NCBI GenBank assembly: GCA_019752125.1
Contig: JAIEMM010000012.1
Span: 3,437-67,436 of the forward strand
DNA length: 64,000 nucleotides
Reading direction: 5' to 3'
Origin: Patescibacteria group bacterium
GTDB taxonomy: Bacteria > Patescibacteriota > Minisyncoccia > Phycocordibacterales > SBAW01
Shown: positions 38,214 to 47,051 of the stretch, in pieces
How positions within the stretch are numbered: position 1 is the first letter of the stretch
Layout: every line of letters starts with the position of its first letter
Notes under the pieces: generated by a model
What the model was told of the DNA's origin: nothing
Databases searched by the model: none
What the model saw: the letters and a program-made list of their open reading frames with translations, nothing else
Translations under genes and position numbers: made by a program

Positions 38214-38876
38214 CTAGTTGGTCATGAACGTTGATGGCCATGTGACAGAGATCTGTCCGCTGGCATTCACCGCAAGAATCATATAGTAGTACGTCGTGTG
38301 TGCGTAGAGGTTAGTGAGGTTCACTGAATTTGTTGTACCTATAGCAACAGTGCTCGTCTGGAGGTTTACACCTGTTATGCCAGGAGACTGTCCAGGACCT
38401 GTGGTTTCAGTAACAGTGAGAGGGGATGTGCTGTAGTAGATTGTTCCGGTTGCAGGTTGGCTTGTATTCCACATCACAGTCATGCCGGTGTTATTCGCAG
38501 CAAGTGCTGGGATACTGATTATCGGAGCTGATGCTGTGCTTACCACACCGCCACCATATACCGCGTTGAAGGTTGCTATGGTCGATGGGCCGACGCGACC
38601 GTAGCCAGTTGATGCTGCGGTTCCACTCGACACAATACTATTACGAGCTTGGAAGCGTTTTACTGCTCCTGAACTTAGGGAGCCAAAGTACCCTGTCACT
38701 AAGCCTTCTGGGTATAGGGATGAGTCTGATGCGAACGTCTGCTGGAGCGTTGTAACGTCGGAACCTTTAGTGCCGATGTCCATCTGTGTCGAAATTGTTG
38801 CAGCAAGTGCGGGTGTTGCCAACATAAGTGCTGAAAGACCAAGTGCTGCGGCTGAAAGACCAAGTGTTTTTTTCAT
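38214..38876 (-). CDS. secreted protein with PG_binding_1-like and FN3-like domains
   Basis: Signal peptide (...ATPALA), GSDVTTLQQTFASD...GYFGSLSSGAVKRFQ, then beta-rich Thr/Ser-rich domain. Confidence 0.6.
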   Translation of the reverse strand: MKKTLGLSAAALGLSALMLATPALAATISTQMDIGTKGSDVTTLQQTFASDSSLYPEGLVTGYFGSLSSGAVKRFQARNSIVSSGTAASTGYGRVGPSTIATFNAVYGGGVVSTASAPIISIPALAANNTGMTVMWNTSQPATGTIYYSTSPLTVTETTGPGQSPGITGVNLQTSTVAIGTTNSVNLTNLYAHTTYYYMILAVNASGQISVTWPSTFMTN

Positions 38877-39002
38877 AAAATGTGTTACTTAATGTGCTAA
38901 TGGTTACTAATCGAAACCTATTGCTAGGTCACTAATGATGACGCGTGCGTACTGAGCCCGTTACTACCAAGCAACTCAACAATAGAAGATATCTAATGAA
39001 GC

Positions 39003-39401
39003 ATGCATGAAGAAGATATTTTCTGTGATACGCTATCCTCAATGCACGTAAGAACACTCCGCACCCCAGAGATGGAGGCAAAATACCAAGAGATGAAGGA
39101 TAGCGGCATTATGAATAACAGCTGCCGGCTGTGTGATGAAGATGTAACAATGACTTTTACGCATTGGAGGCTTATACCTAACCGCTTCCCATACGACCAG
39201 GTGTTTGAGCCACATGACATGCTTATCCCTATTCGCCACACGGCCGACATCAACGAAGAGGAGCGGCTCGAGTTGGAAGAAATAAAAAAGTCGTATATCA
39301 ACCACCACTATCGTTACATTATGGAAGCGACCCACTCGACCAAATCCATTCCGCAGCACTACCACTTGCATTTGGTGGAGATAAAGAAGGAAGAGATCTA
39401 A
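39003..39401 (+). CDS. HIT-like fold protein
   Basis: ...LIPNRFPYDQVFEPHDMLIPIRH... and HYHLHLV (HxHxHxx) motif. Confidence 0.5.
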   Translation: MHEEDIFCDTLSSMHVRTLRTPEMEAKYQEMKDSGIMNNSCRLCDEDVTMTFTHWRLIPNRFPYDQVFEPHDMLIPIRHTADINEEERLELEEIKKSYINHHYRYIMEATHSTKSIPQHYHLHLVEIKKEEI

Positions 39402-39402
39402 G

Positions 39403-39846
39403 GTGAACAAAAAGCAGTTTTTAAAATCTCTAAATGATGTGTGGTGCCGGCTCGCAGTGACCGCACATGGGGTGGGGGTAGTTGCCATACGCGACATCCC
39501 TAAAGGTATTGACCCATTTAAAAACTGCGACCCTCACGGCGACGTGCTTGAGATTTCAGAAAAAGAATTGGACGCTAGTCTCGCGCCAAAAGAGGCGAAG
39601 CAATTGGTGCGTGATTTCTGTGCACTGCAAGATGGCGTGTATTTTGTACCCGACTATGGCATTGATGCGATAGATAAATCGTATTTCTTAAATCATTCTG
39701 ACAAGCCCAACATGGTAGCAAAGGATAAAGGAGAAGTGTTTGTCACTGCCCGTCGGATAAAGAAAGGGGAGGAGCTCGTAGCTGACTACGAGCAGTATCA
39801 CGAGTACGTAGAAGTGTTTACCAAAAAACAAAAGCTCACTAACTAA
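39403..39846 (+). CDS. SET-domain protein (putative protein-lysine methyltransferase)
   Basis: GVGVVAIRDIPKG, YFLNHSDKPN, EELVADY motifs in SET order. Confidence 0.7.
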   Translation: MNKKQFLKSLNDVWCRLAVTAHGVGVVAIRDIPKGIDPFKNCDPHGDVLEISEKELDASLAPKEAKQLVRDFCALQDGVYFVPDYGIDAIDKSYFLNHSDKPNMVAKDKGEVFVTARRIKKGEELVADYEQYHEYVEVFTKKQKLTN

Positions 39847-40004
39847 GGGAATGTAGATAAAAATCTGCCTGTATACTTCTTGTGTGAGCATTGGACATCG
39901 ACATCAATCACTCCGCCGTAGGGGAGTGATTAAGACAAAGAACAATAACTTCATATTTAGTATCGGAAGAATTGGGGTCAGGTACCAAATAAATTGAAAA
40001 GTTA

Positions 40005-40032
40005 TGGTGTGATCAAAAACCGCCCTTGAGGC
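40005..40032. terminator. bidirectional terminator (accgcc-cttga-ggcggt + T-run)
   Basis: Read directly. Confidence 0.7.
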
Positions 40033-40095
40033 GGTTTTTGTATTTTGTGGACGTCGCACGAAAAACTTTGTTTTGGAGTGGTATACAATACTGTC

Positions 40096-40653
40096 ATGTC
40101 TTCACAGCGATCAACCTTTGCTTCAAAAATTAAATGGAATGAAGTAACGTGGTATTCAAAACTAGGAGCAATAATTTTTTTCATTGGTGTGGCGCCCGCG
40201 CTTTCTTTTTATATAGGGATGCAGTACCAAGCAGCGACACAACCATTTACACCTCATATTTCTGACCTACATAAGGCAGCTGGAGTTCATAGAGGAGAAA
40301 TACTAGTGTCTGACTCTACGACAGTATTCACTTTAAGTGGAAAACTCGTAGAAGAACAATTTTTTGGCCCACCAAATTATGGTGAAAGTCCACAGACGGA
40401 TTCAAAACAGAATATGCTTATGCTTCTTTTATCTAAACCTGTAAATGTACAAGGAAATGAAACAAATTTTGTAAATAATGAATATTACCCAAATATAAAT
40501 AAAATTCAGCTTGAGCTTGTTGGTAGTCCAATAGTGGATGCACTGGTTGGTAAAGAGATAACAGTGAGCGGAACTTTCCATGACGCTCACAATGCACACC
40601 AGCACACTCCAGTGTTGCTCAAGGTGGAGACGATCACTGCTGGTTCGAAGTAA
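40096..40653 (+). CDS. hypothetical membrane-anchored protein
   Basis: ATG 40096; one N-terminal TM; start lies 8-14 nt after a TATACAAT -10-like element. Confidence 0.4.
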   Translation: MSSQRSTFASKIKWNEVTWYSKLGAIIFFIGVAPALSFYIGMQYQAATQPFTPHISDLHKAAGVHRGEILVSDSTTVFTLSGKLVEEQFFGPPNYGESPQTDSKQNMLMLLLSKPVNVQGNETNFVNNEYYPNINKIQLELVGSPIVDALVGKEITVSGTFHDAHNAHQHTPVLLKVETITAGSK

Positions 40654-40684
40654 TAGGTCAGAAATCTTTCTATCGAAAAAACAC

Positions 40685-40713
40685 CCTAATTGGGTGTTTT
40701 TTAACTATTGTGG
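40685..40713. terminator. bidirectional terminator (aacaccc-taatt-gggtgtt)
   Basis: Read directly. Confidence 0.7.
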
Positions 40714-40923
40714 AGGAGGTCTCAGGAAGTTGGAACCAACTGGAAGCGCTTGTATTTGAGTGGTACGGCATCCTATCGAGCTCCAAACTCGTGCCCCAGA
40801 GGGCATAAAACGAGCCACACCACACGTTATCTGCGAAACGTAGGGTCACATAGGAGTTATGCAACCATGTAGGGTAATAGGAAACTCCCTCTATGGGTCA
40901 CATAGAGGGAGTTAACGAGAGAC

Positions 40924-41184
40924 TTAACCAGGGGAGTTTGCCGGATCGCGATCGCCTGGGAATGTGCGCTCTTCCTGAATGCGCGCACTCTCTTTAAGCT
41001 GGATTTTCACCGAGCCGCCGTTGGCACCCAATGCTCTTTCGAGGACGCCACCTTTTGTGGCCTTTTCTTTGGTCGTGAATGTTTTAACGACCTGGTGGGT
41101 TTTATTTTTGAACAATTCCCACTTTTCCTTGCCCTCGTTGAACCCGAGTGTGTACTGCGGTAGCGGAGGTAATTTTTTACCCAT
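40924..41184 (-). CDS. DUF2188-like small protein
   Basis: 86 aa; KWELFKNKTHQVVKTFTTKEKA...GGSVKIQLKESARIQEERTFPGDRDP pattern. Confidence 0.45.
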   Translation of the reverse strand: MGKKLPPLPQYTLGFNEGKEKWELFKNKTHQVVKTFTTKEKATKGGVLERALGANGGSVKIQLKESARIQEERTFPGDRDPANSPG

Positions 41185-41266
41185 AGCTATTAATTAATAT
41201 TACGTACGCGCAAAGCAGTTCGCAGGGGTGAGCCCGGGGCGTTCCGGGCGCCGCACTGCGTGGTCG

Positions 41267-41728
41267 TTAAGACCAGGGAGACGTAACAGCGAGTGGGAGT
41301 ACGTTAGGGAAGCGGTCGCCCACCTTGGGTTTCCACGTGTCCGCTAAGTATCGTTCCACAGCATCAAGCTTGGAGGAGTGAACCGGTGCCCAAGTCACGA
41401 ACAAGCCGAGGTGCTTGTAGGCCATGATAGTTGGGTCGTCGCGGTGGGATGCGAGGCGGTCGCGGATGATTCCTTGACCGATGCGCACTACCGCTGGGCT
41501 CAATCCGCCGTGCCAGATGATGTAGACCCCAACCATATCGTCGAAATGGGTATGACCCAGATTGACCGTAGGAAGGGGACACCAGCCGTTCGTACACTGC
41601 TGCCATGAGGCTGTTTGCATAAGTACGTCGGGGATAATCGAACGGGTTGTTAATGAGCGGGCATGGTAAGCTTTAGTTGTAAGACTTTCGCGATCTACCG
41701 TCCTAAGAAACGCCCTCCGGGCAGACAA
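41267..41728 (-). CDS. hypothetical protein, possible GIY-YIG-like nuclease fold (start uncertain; alternative ATG at 41620)
   Basis: GVYIIWHGG...VVRIGQG.IRDRLASH resembles GIY...YIG...R..H. Confidence 0.3.
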   Translation of the reverse strand: MSARRAFLRTVDRESLTTKAYHARSLTTRSIIPDVLMQTASWQQCTNGWCPLPTVNLGHTHFDDMVGVYIIWHGGLSPAVVRIGQGIIRDRLASHRDDPTIMAYKHLGLFVTWAPVHSSKLDAVERYLADTWKPKVGDRFPNVLPLAVTSPWS

Positions 41729-41859
41729 TCAGCGGGCTTACTCGCCCTAAACCTTCGCAGGAGCGTCGGTTCTACTTCATATGATACTCACTTTGGGGCT
41801 TTTGTCCAGAGGCTGTACAAGAGATGGACACGGGGATAAGCTGGGGATATAATGGGGAT

Positions 41860-42507
41860 ATGCATGAGATTCAAAAAGTGCTCCTCACCATCCTTCAAGA
41901 GAGGGGAATACAGGTGCTTCCACCTTTACGAAAACTTGGCGAACTGACTGGCAAGACCCTTTCCGCGCAACAGGTCAAACACCACTTAGAACAACTACAG
42001 AAGAAAGGATTTATTTCAATAGATAAAAATACAAAAAAGATTGAAATCACAGTTGGTACTGAAAAAAAATCGCAAAAACAATCTTTCTATACACTCCCGC
42101 TGTATGGCGCAGTTAACTGTGGCCCGGCCTTGAGTCTGGCAGAACAAATACCTGAGAGTTTTATAAAAATTTCTTCAAATATTCTTAAGGGTTTTAGATC
42201 CGAGAATCTTTTTGTTGTAAGGGCAAGCGGAGATTCAATGAATAAGGCTGTTGTAGGAGGTAAAAGAATTGAAGATGGTGACTTTTTAGTTGTAGATACT
42301 TCAAAAGTTAACATTCGGGGTAAGGGGGAAATAGTTCTTTCTATTATTGATGGAGCGGCAAATATTAAAAGATTATATAAAGAACAAGATTCTTTTGTTT
42401 TGGTTTCAGACTCCACTAAAGATTATCCTCCAATCTATATTTCAATAAGTGATGATTTTTCAGTAAATGGAACTGTGGTTGCAGTGATGAAAAAGCCAAA
42501 AGGATAG
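41860..42507 (+). CDS. lexA: LexA-like repressor (winged-helix N-domain + S24 peptidase domain)
   Basis: S24 Ser-Lys dyad context (ASGDSMNKA...IVLSI); LexA-type wHTH N-terminus. Confidence 0.6.
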   Translation: MHEIQKVLLTILQERGIQVLPPLRKLGELTGKTLSAQQVKHHLEQLQKKGFISIDKNTKKIEITVGTEKKSQKQSFYTLPLYGAVNCGPALSLAEQIPESFIKISSNILKGFRSENLFVVRASGDSMNKAVVGGKRIEDGDFLVVDTSKVNIRGKGEIVLSIIDGAANIKRLYKEQDSFVLVSDSTKDYPPIYISISDDFSVNGTVVAVMKKPKG

Positions 42508-42528
42508 GGCTAAAGTTCCAAGAGTAAT

Positions 42529-42726
42529 TTATCTCCCCAATAGTCTATCAATCTTTTCTTCGACGTTTCTAAATTTGTCTTCAAAGTAGCTCCATACGAT
42601 GTAGAGAATTAGACCTGCCCCTGCAAAAGTTTCTACTGTATATGAGAAACTCTGGGTGCCAGCGATAAGCCATGCTACGAGGAGAAATAAACAAATAGCC
42701 ACCCAGTTCCAAATTTTATGTTTCAT
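42529..42726 (-). CDS. small 2-TM membrane protein
   Basis: 65 aa, two hydrophobic helices; no other support. Confidence 0.3.
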   Translation of the reverse strand: MKHKIWNWVAICLFLLVAWLIAGTQSFSYTVETFAGAGLILYIVWSYFEDKFRNVEEKIDRLLGR

Positions 42727-42744
42727 GCGAATTAATTAACTGGT

Positions 42745-42895
42745 AACAAAAAGCCCGCCGCGGGTAGTGGCCGAAGCCACTCATGCAAGTTTCCCTGCAC
42801 GGCCGGTGAAGGCAGACCCCACGACGGGTTTTCTGGCCTTCACCGGACTTTCGACCTTGCCGATAGGGAAGCTATCGGGTTAGGTCCTTTTTATT
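42745..42895 (+). ncRNA. candidate structured RNA/leader with long imperfect hairpins and a terminator (42853-42895) upstream of the AbiV-like gene
   Basis: gtggc-cgaa-gccac tetraloop hairpin; ccggtgaaggc...gccttcaccgg 11-bp arms; gacc..cgatag-ggaagc-tatcg..ggtc + T-run. Confidence 0.3.
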
Positions 42896-42942
42896 CAGTT
42901 GTGCATTTATGATACGTCATTTCAGTTATTAGTAAACGATGG

Positions 42943-43638
42943 TTGAATGGAGGGGTGATTACCAACCAGAAGCTGGATAGAATGGCATTTTTGGCCTTCT
43001 GCAATGCAATTCGTTTGCACGAAGATGCGATAGAACTCTACAAGATCAAGAGCTACTCATCGGCTTTCTTTTTGTCGGTTTTGTCACAAGAAGAGATTGG
43101 GAAAATGCATTTGATAAATGATTATACTTGGCAGCGAGGCACAAGCGATGATCCAAAAGCATACGCTAAAGGTGTCGAAAAAATGTTTGTGGAAGCAATT
43201 TTTCTACATAAACTAAAGCAAGCTCATTTTTTACTAAATTCTCCCATAGAAAATAATTATTCGGCTCGTGGAAGGAGGATTATGGAAGAAGCGTGGAAGG
43301 GGGTACTGGATGGTGAAAAACAAAATGCAGTTTACGTCGGTTTTGGTAGAAAGAACGGGAAAATAGATACTTCTGGGCCAATCAAACACCCATGGCAAGT
43401 TACCGAAAAAGAAGCAGAAACTCAGATCACTAAAATGAATGATTATCTATTAGTATTTGGTCTCGGTCTTCGCTACACCAACTTCGTTTTTGAGAACGAA
43501 GATATAGAATATATGTGGAAGGGAAAAAAGTTTCTCCGTAAAATTTCGTCTCTGTGGAAGAGTTACAGCAGGTCAGCAAAGAAACAAATTAAAACTTATC
43601 AAAAACTGCTTAAAGAAAATATCGTCAACGTCTCCTGA
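42943..43638 (+). CDS. AbiV-like (HEPN-type) abortive-infection candidate
   Basis: N-terminal ...AIELYKIKSYSSAFFLSVLSQEEIGK... resembles AbiV family. Confidence 0.35.
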   Translation: MNGGVITNQKLDRMAFLAFCNAIRLHEDAIELYKIKSYSSAFFLSVLSQEEIGKMHLINDYTWQRGTSDDPKAYAKGVEKMFVEAIFLHKLKQAHFLLNSPIENNYSARGRRIMEEAWKGVLDGEKQNAVYVGFGRKNGKIDTSGPIKHPWQVTEKEAETQITKMNDYLLVFGLGLRYTNFVFENEDIEYMWKGKKFLRKISSLWKSYSRSAKKQIKTYQKLLKENIVNVS

Positions 43639-43661
43639 TAGCGTTTTATAATAAAACTAAG

Positions 43662-44198
43662 ATGACTAAAAAGAACTTGTCACAGAAAGCAAAACTCTCT
43701 CTGGAGGAAAAGGCTAAAAAGGATAAGGAATTTGGGGGTGGGGTTGGTCGTGGCAACAAGTTGGAGCGCACTCGAGGAATATTTAGGACCTGGCTATTAG
43801 TGCCAAGGAATTTCCTTGGTGCCAACGAACAAATCTTCAGGGCTCTCGGGTTTATAGATGCAGAAACTATCGAATTGTATTCAATAAAATCTCAGGCAGA
43901 ATTTGCAGAAAAGTTCGGGGTAGCCGAACCCACTCTTTCTCGCTGGAAGGGGGAGATAGAAAAAGCAGGCAATGATCTCGCCGATTTTAGGCAGGAAATG
44001 AAACACTTGAGCATCAACCTTATGGGTGCTTTGTATCGAAAGGGATTGAGTACGGGAGATCCAGCTGCTATAAAACTTTGGCTCCAAGTAATGGAGGGAT
44101 GGAATGAACGTACTGTGCACCAGGTTGATGTAAGCGGGTACCAACTCTCAGAGGAGGAAAAAGCTGAATTGGATCAACTAATGGAAGCAAACTTATAA
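43662..44198 (+). CDS. phage terminase small-subunit-like HTH protein
   Basis: SQAEFAEKFGVAEPTLSRWKG HTH and ...DPAAIKLWLQVMEGW... as in TerS (Terminase_2-type). Confidence 0.4.
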   Translation: MTKKNLSQKAKLSLEEKAKKDKEFGGGVGRGNKLERTRGIFRTWLLVPRNFLGANEQIFRALGFIDAETIELYSIKSQAEFAEKFGVAEPTLSRWKGEIEKAGNDLADFRQEMKHLSINLMGALYRKGLSTGDPAAIKLWLQVMEGWNERTVHQVDVSGYQLSEEEKAELDQLMEANL

Positions 44199-44241
44199 AA
44201 TATAAAAGTTTTATAAACAGGGGATAACCCATCAAGTTTTA

Positions 44242-44269
44242 TTGGGAAATTTTTAGTGCTTGGTATAAT
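44242..44269 (+). promoter_or_regulatory. candidate promoter (TTGGGA-N16-TATAAT) upstream of small ORF + recombinase
   Basis: Consensus -10 with TG-like extension. Confidence 0.5.
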
Positions 44270-44350
44270 TGGGTTACGAAATAACTTAAAGAGCGACCGT
44301 TCTTTAAGGCCGGTATAATCCGGAATTTGGTGGGAAGAATAGGCAAAGGG

Positions 44351-44394
44351 CCCCCAAACTCAATCTGAATTTATATTCGGACTAAGTTTGGGGG
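44351..44394. repeat. 44-bp imperfect palindrome (cccccaaact...ttata...agtttggggg): terminator or recombinase att-like site
   Basis: 10-bp perfect outer arms plus 7/10 inner matches around central TTATA; ~230 nt upstream of the recombinase. Confidence 0.35.
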
Positions 44395-44428
44395 CGTTCG
44401 TTTTCTCACCAGCGAAGCCTCCGACAAA

Positions 44429-44623
44429 ATGTTGTCGGTTGAAGAATGTAGAAAATATGTCGGTAACGACATGTCAGACAAGGAAGTGGAGAATCTTCGA
44501 GATACTCTCTACTCGTTTTCGAGCATGGTGCTCGAGGCCTACTTTGATGCCCAAAAGAGGGCGGGGAATAGTGGTTTGCTTTCGGTTCCAAAGCACGACA
44601 GCGTGAAGGAGGAAAAGAATTGA
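44429..44623 (+). CDS. hypothetical small protein co-transcribed with recombinase
   Basis: 64 aa, stop 1 nt before the recombinase ATG. Confidence 0.3.
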   Translation: MLSVEECRKYVGNDMSDKEVENLRDTLYSFSSMVLEAYFDAQKRAGNSGLLSVPKHDSVKEEKN

Positions 44624-44624
44624 T

Positions 44625-46238
44625 ATGGCAAAGAAAGCACTAATTTACTGCCGAGTATCTTCCGTTAGGCAGGCTACTGAAGGTCATGGCTTGGATGCTC
44701 AAGAACATCGATGCCGTGAATTTGCACGCGCCAAAGACTATGAAGTCGTAACTGCTTTCAAAGATAGTTTTAGCGGCGGAGGCGATTATAGAAATCGTCC
44801 TGGAATGACCAGTCTTTTGGAATATATCGATAAGTATCCACATATAGAGTTCGTGGTTCTTTTTGATGATCTTAAGCGTTTGGCAAGAGATACTATTTTC
44901 TATCTTGAACTGCTGCAGGAATTTAAAATACGAGGTGTGGCGCTTGAGAGCCCGAACATTGTTTTGGGAAATTCAGCGGAAGATGAATTTGTGCAAACTG
45001 TCCTGATGGGTGCTGCACAATTGGAACGCAAACAAAATAAACGACAAGTAGTTCAAAAAATGAAAGCACGATTGGAGAAAGGCTACTGGGCTTTTTATCC
45101 GCCTCCTGGTTACAGACAAGTGAAAGATCCTGTACATGGAAGGATATTAATCCCCACCGATGTAGAAGCCCCCATTATTAAAGAAGCCCTTGAGGGTTTT
45201 GCATCTGGCAGATTTCCGCACCTTACGGATGTAATGAATTTTCTCCGGGAGGTCGGCTTCCGTGGCCGTCCCATCTATGTAGAAGGCGTCAGGCGTTTAT
45301 TAAAGCGAATTATATATGCCGGCTATATCGAATACCCTGCATGGGATGTGGCAACTACAAAAGGTCATCACGAGGCTCTTATAAGTCTTGAGACATATCA
45401 AATTATTCAAGATCGTCTCGCTGGACGTTACAAAGCGCGTGCTCGCAAGACAGATAATCTTTATTTCGTTCTGCGAGGTTTCCTTTTGTGTGCATCTTGT
45501 AGCCATGCATATACCGGCAGCTGGTCGAAAGGGAGGAATGGTAAGTTTCGATATTACCGTTGCAACAAGCCAGGCTGCGAACGTTTAAATAAGAGCATCC
45601 GTGCAGACAAAATTGATAAGGAGTTCGAAGTATTACTCAAATCTGTTCTCCCTAAGCAAGAGATGGCGCAATTCGCCAAGGCGGTAGTCTTGGATATATG
45701 GGCAAGCAAAGTAAAAGATTTTAAAAATGATCAGGCGATGCTTGAACGACGGCTCGCGGCCATCAAGCAGGATATCGACGCTTTGTCCCGTCGCATTGCA
45801 AAGACAGTCGAAGAATCTTTAATACGTAATTACGAGCAACAGATCCTGAGTTTGACCAACGAAAGTAGGGTTTTGCAGGAGCAACTCAAGAATTTGGGTT
45901 TATCAGCAGTAAGTTTTGAAACCGCATTGGAAGTGGTCATGGCGTTTCTCAATAATCCTTTGGCTATATGGGAAAACGGCGACCTAAACGCAAAAAGATT
46001 AGTCTTGCGACTAATCTTTGCGGACAAATTGGCGTACCATCACGAACTTGGTTTTGGAACCGCTCAAAAATCCTTGCTTATAGGTCTTTTTGAGCAGGTT
46101 CATGCCAAAAAATCTCAGGATGTGGAGATGCCGGGAGTTGAACCCGGGTGCAAAGCAAATTCTTTACGCGATCTACCAAACGTAGTTCGTTCTAAGTTCT
46201 CGTCTATCTGCATCAAGAGCGAACAAAAGCGCAGATAG
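44625..46238 (+). CDS. large serine recombinase (resolvase catalytic domain + recombinase domain + zinc ribbon + coiled coil)
   Basis: ALIYCRVSSVRQ catalytic Ser; Cys cluster CASCSHAY...YYRC; 537 aa. Confidence 0.85.
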   Translation: MAKKALIYCRVSSVRQATEGHGLDAQEHRCREFARAKDYEVVTAFKDSFSGGGDYRNRPGMTSLLEYIDKYPHIEFVVLFDDLKRLARDTIFYLELLQEFKIRGVALESPNIVLGNSAEDEFVQTVLMGAAQLERKQNKRQVVQKMKARLEKGYWAFYPPPGYRQVKDPVHGRILIPTDVEAPIIKEALEGFASGRFPHLTDVMNFLREVGFRGRPIYVEGVRRLLKRIIYAGYIEYPAWDVATTKGHHEALISLETYQIIQDRLAGRYKARARKTDNLYFVLRGFLLCASCSHAYTGSWSKGRNGKFRYYRCNKPGCERLNKSIRADKIDKEFEVLLKSVLPKQEMAQFAKAVVLDIWASKVKDFKNDQAMLERRLAAIKQDIDALSRRIAKTVEESLIRNYEQQILSLTNESRVLQEQLKNLGLSAVSFETALEVVMAFLNNPLAIWENGDLNAKRLVLRLIFADKLAYHHELGFGTAQKSLLIGLFEQVHAKKSQDVEMPGVEPGCKANSLRDLPNVVRSKFSSICIKSEQKRR

Positions 46239-46548
46239 ATAAAGTTCAAGTCTTAGACAAACGGGCGAACAATCCGTTTATAGCAACTCGATGTTATAAC
46301 ACTTGATCCTTCCTCACGAGTGTTGGAAGGGAAGTGACACGTTAAGCCTTAGCGTAGGCGAACGCGAAATCATTCGCCGTGAAAAACGGCGATGCAACTG
46401 ATTTGCCAGTTAGAGTTTGGAGCAGTTTAAAGAATTACCCCAGTTCTGATTGGCAACGTAAAGAGTGGTTGCAATGTCTAGGCCTGTCATCCCCAAGAAG
46501 TTCGCGACGCTAACCCGTGCTTCTTGCAGATTTTTGACCTATTCACCT

Positions 46549-47025
46549 TTATTGATTTTTCAAAGTCCTTCGAATGTCGCGATCAGTGTCTCTTTTCTTT
46601 AAGACGGCGCGCTTGTCGTATTTCTTACGTCCGCGCCCCACAGCGACCTTCACCTTCAATTTACTGCCCTTATTATACACTGAAATTGGCACAATTGTCA
46701 AGCCTTTCTGGCTTTCATATGCTGCAAGTTCAGGAAGTTCTTTCTTTGTAAGGAGAAGTTTACGGCTACGGTCGGGGTCGTAGTCGTCTGGGGTATTGGC
46801 TGCCTGGTAGGGTGGGATATGCATCCCTACTATATATGCTTCGCCCCCGCGCACTACCACGTGAGAACCTTCAAGCTTGCCGTGGCGAGCACGAATGCTC
46901 TTTACTTCGTGTCCGAGCAATTCGATGCCCGCCTCGAATTCTTCGAGGATCTCGTAGTCCAACCGCGCTTTCTTGTGTTCTATAAGATTCACGCTCTGAA
47001 TATACCATTTTCTTTTGTTTTTCAT
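46549..47025 (-). CDS. smpB: SsrA-binding protein SmpB
   Basis: 158 aa; ...DYDPDRSRKLLLTKKEL... Confidence 0.9.
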   Translation of the reverse strand: MKNKRKWYIQSVNLIEHKKARLDYEILEEFEAGIELLGHEVKSIRARHGKLEGSHVVVRGGEAYIVGMHIPPYQAANTPDDYDPDRSRKLLLTKKELPELAAYESQKGLTIVPISVYNKGSKLKVKVAVGRGRKKYDKRAVLKKRDTDRDIRRTLKNQ

Positions 47026-47051
47026 ATTCCAAAGTGTTACTATGTTTGCAA

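Noticed and set aside
40045-40095. TTG start at 40045 for the 40096 gene
   Set aside because: Begins inside the upstream terminator T-run and runs through a -10-like element; ATG 40096 preferred.
46239-46548. Searched recombinase-smpB spacer for tmRNA (ssrA)
   Set aside because: No GGGG...GGATTCGAC 5' motif, no T-arm/CCA 3' motif, no plausible tag ORF on either strand; only short hairpins. ssrA is probably elsewhere.
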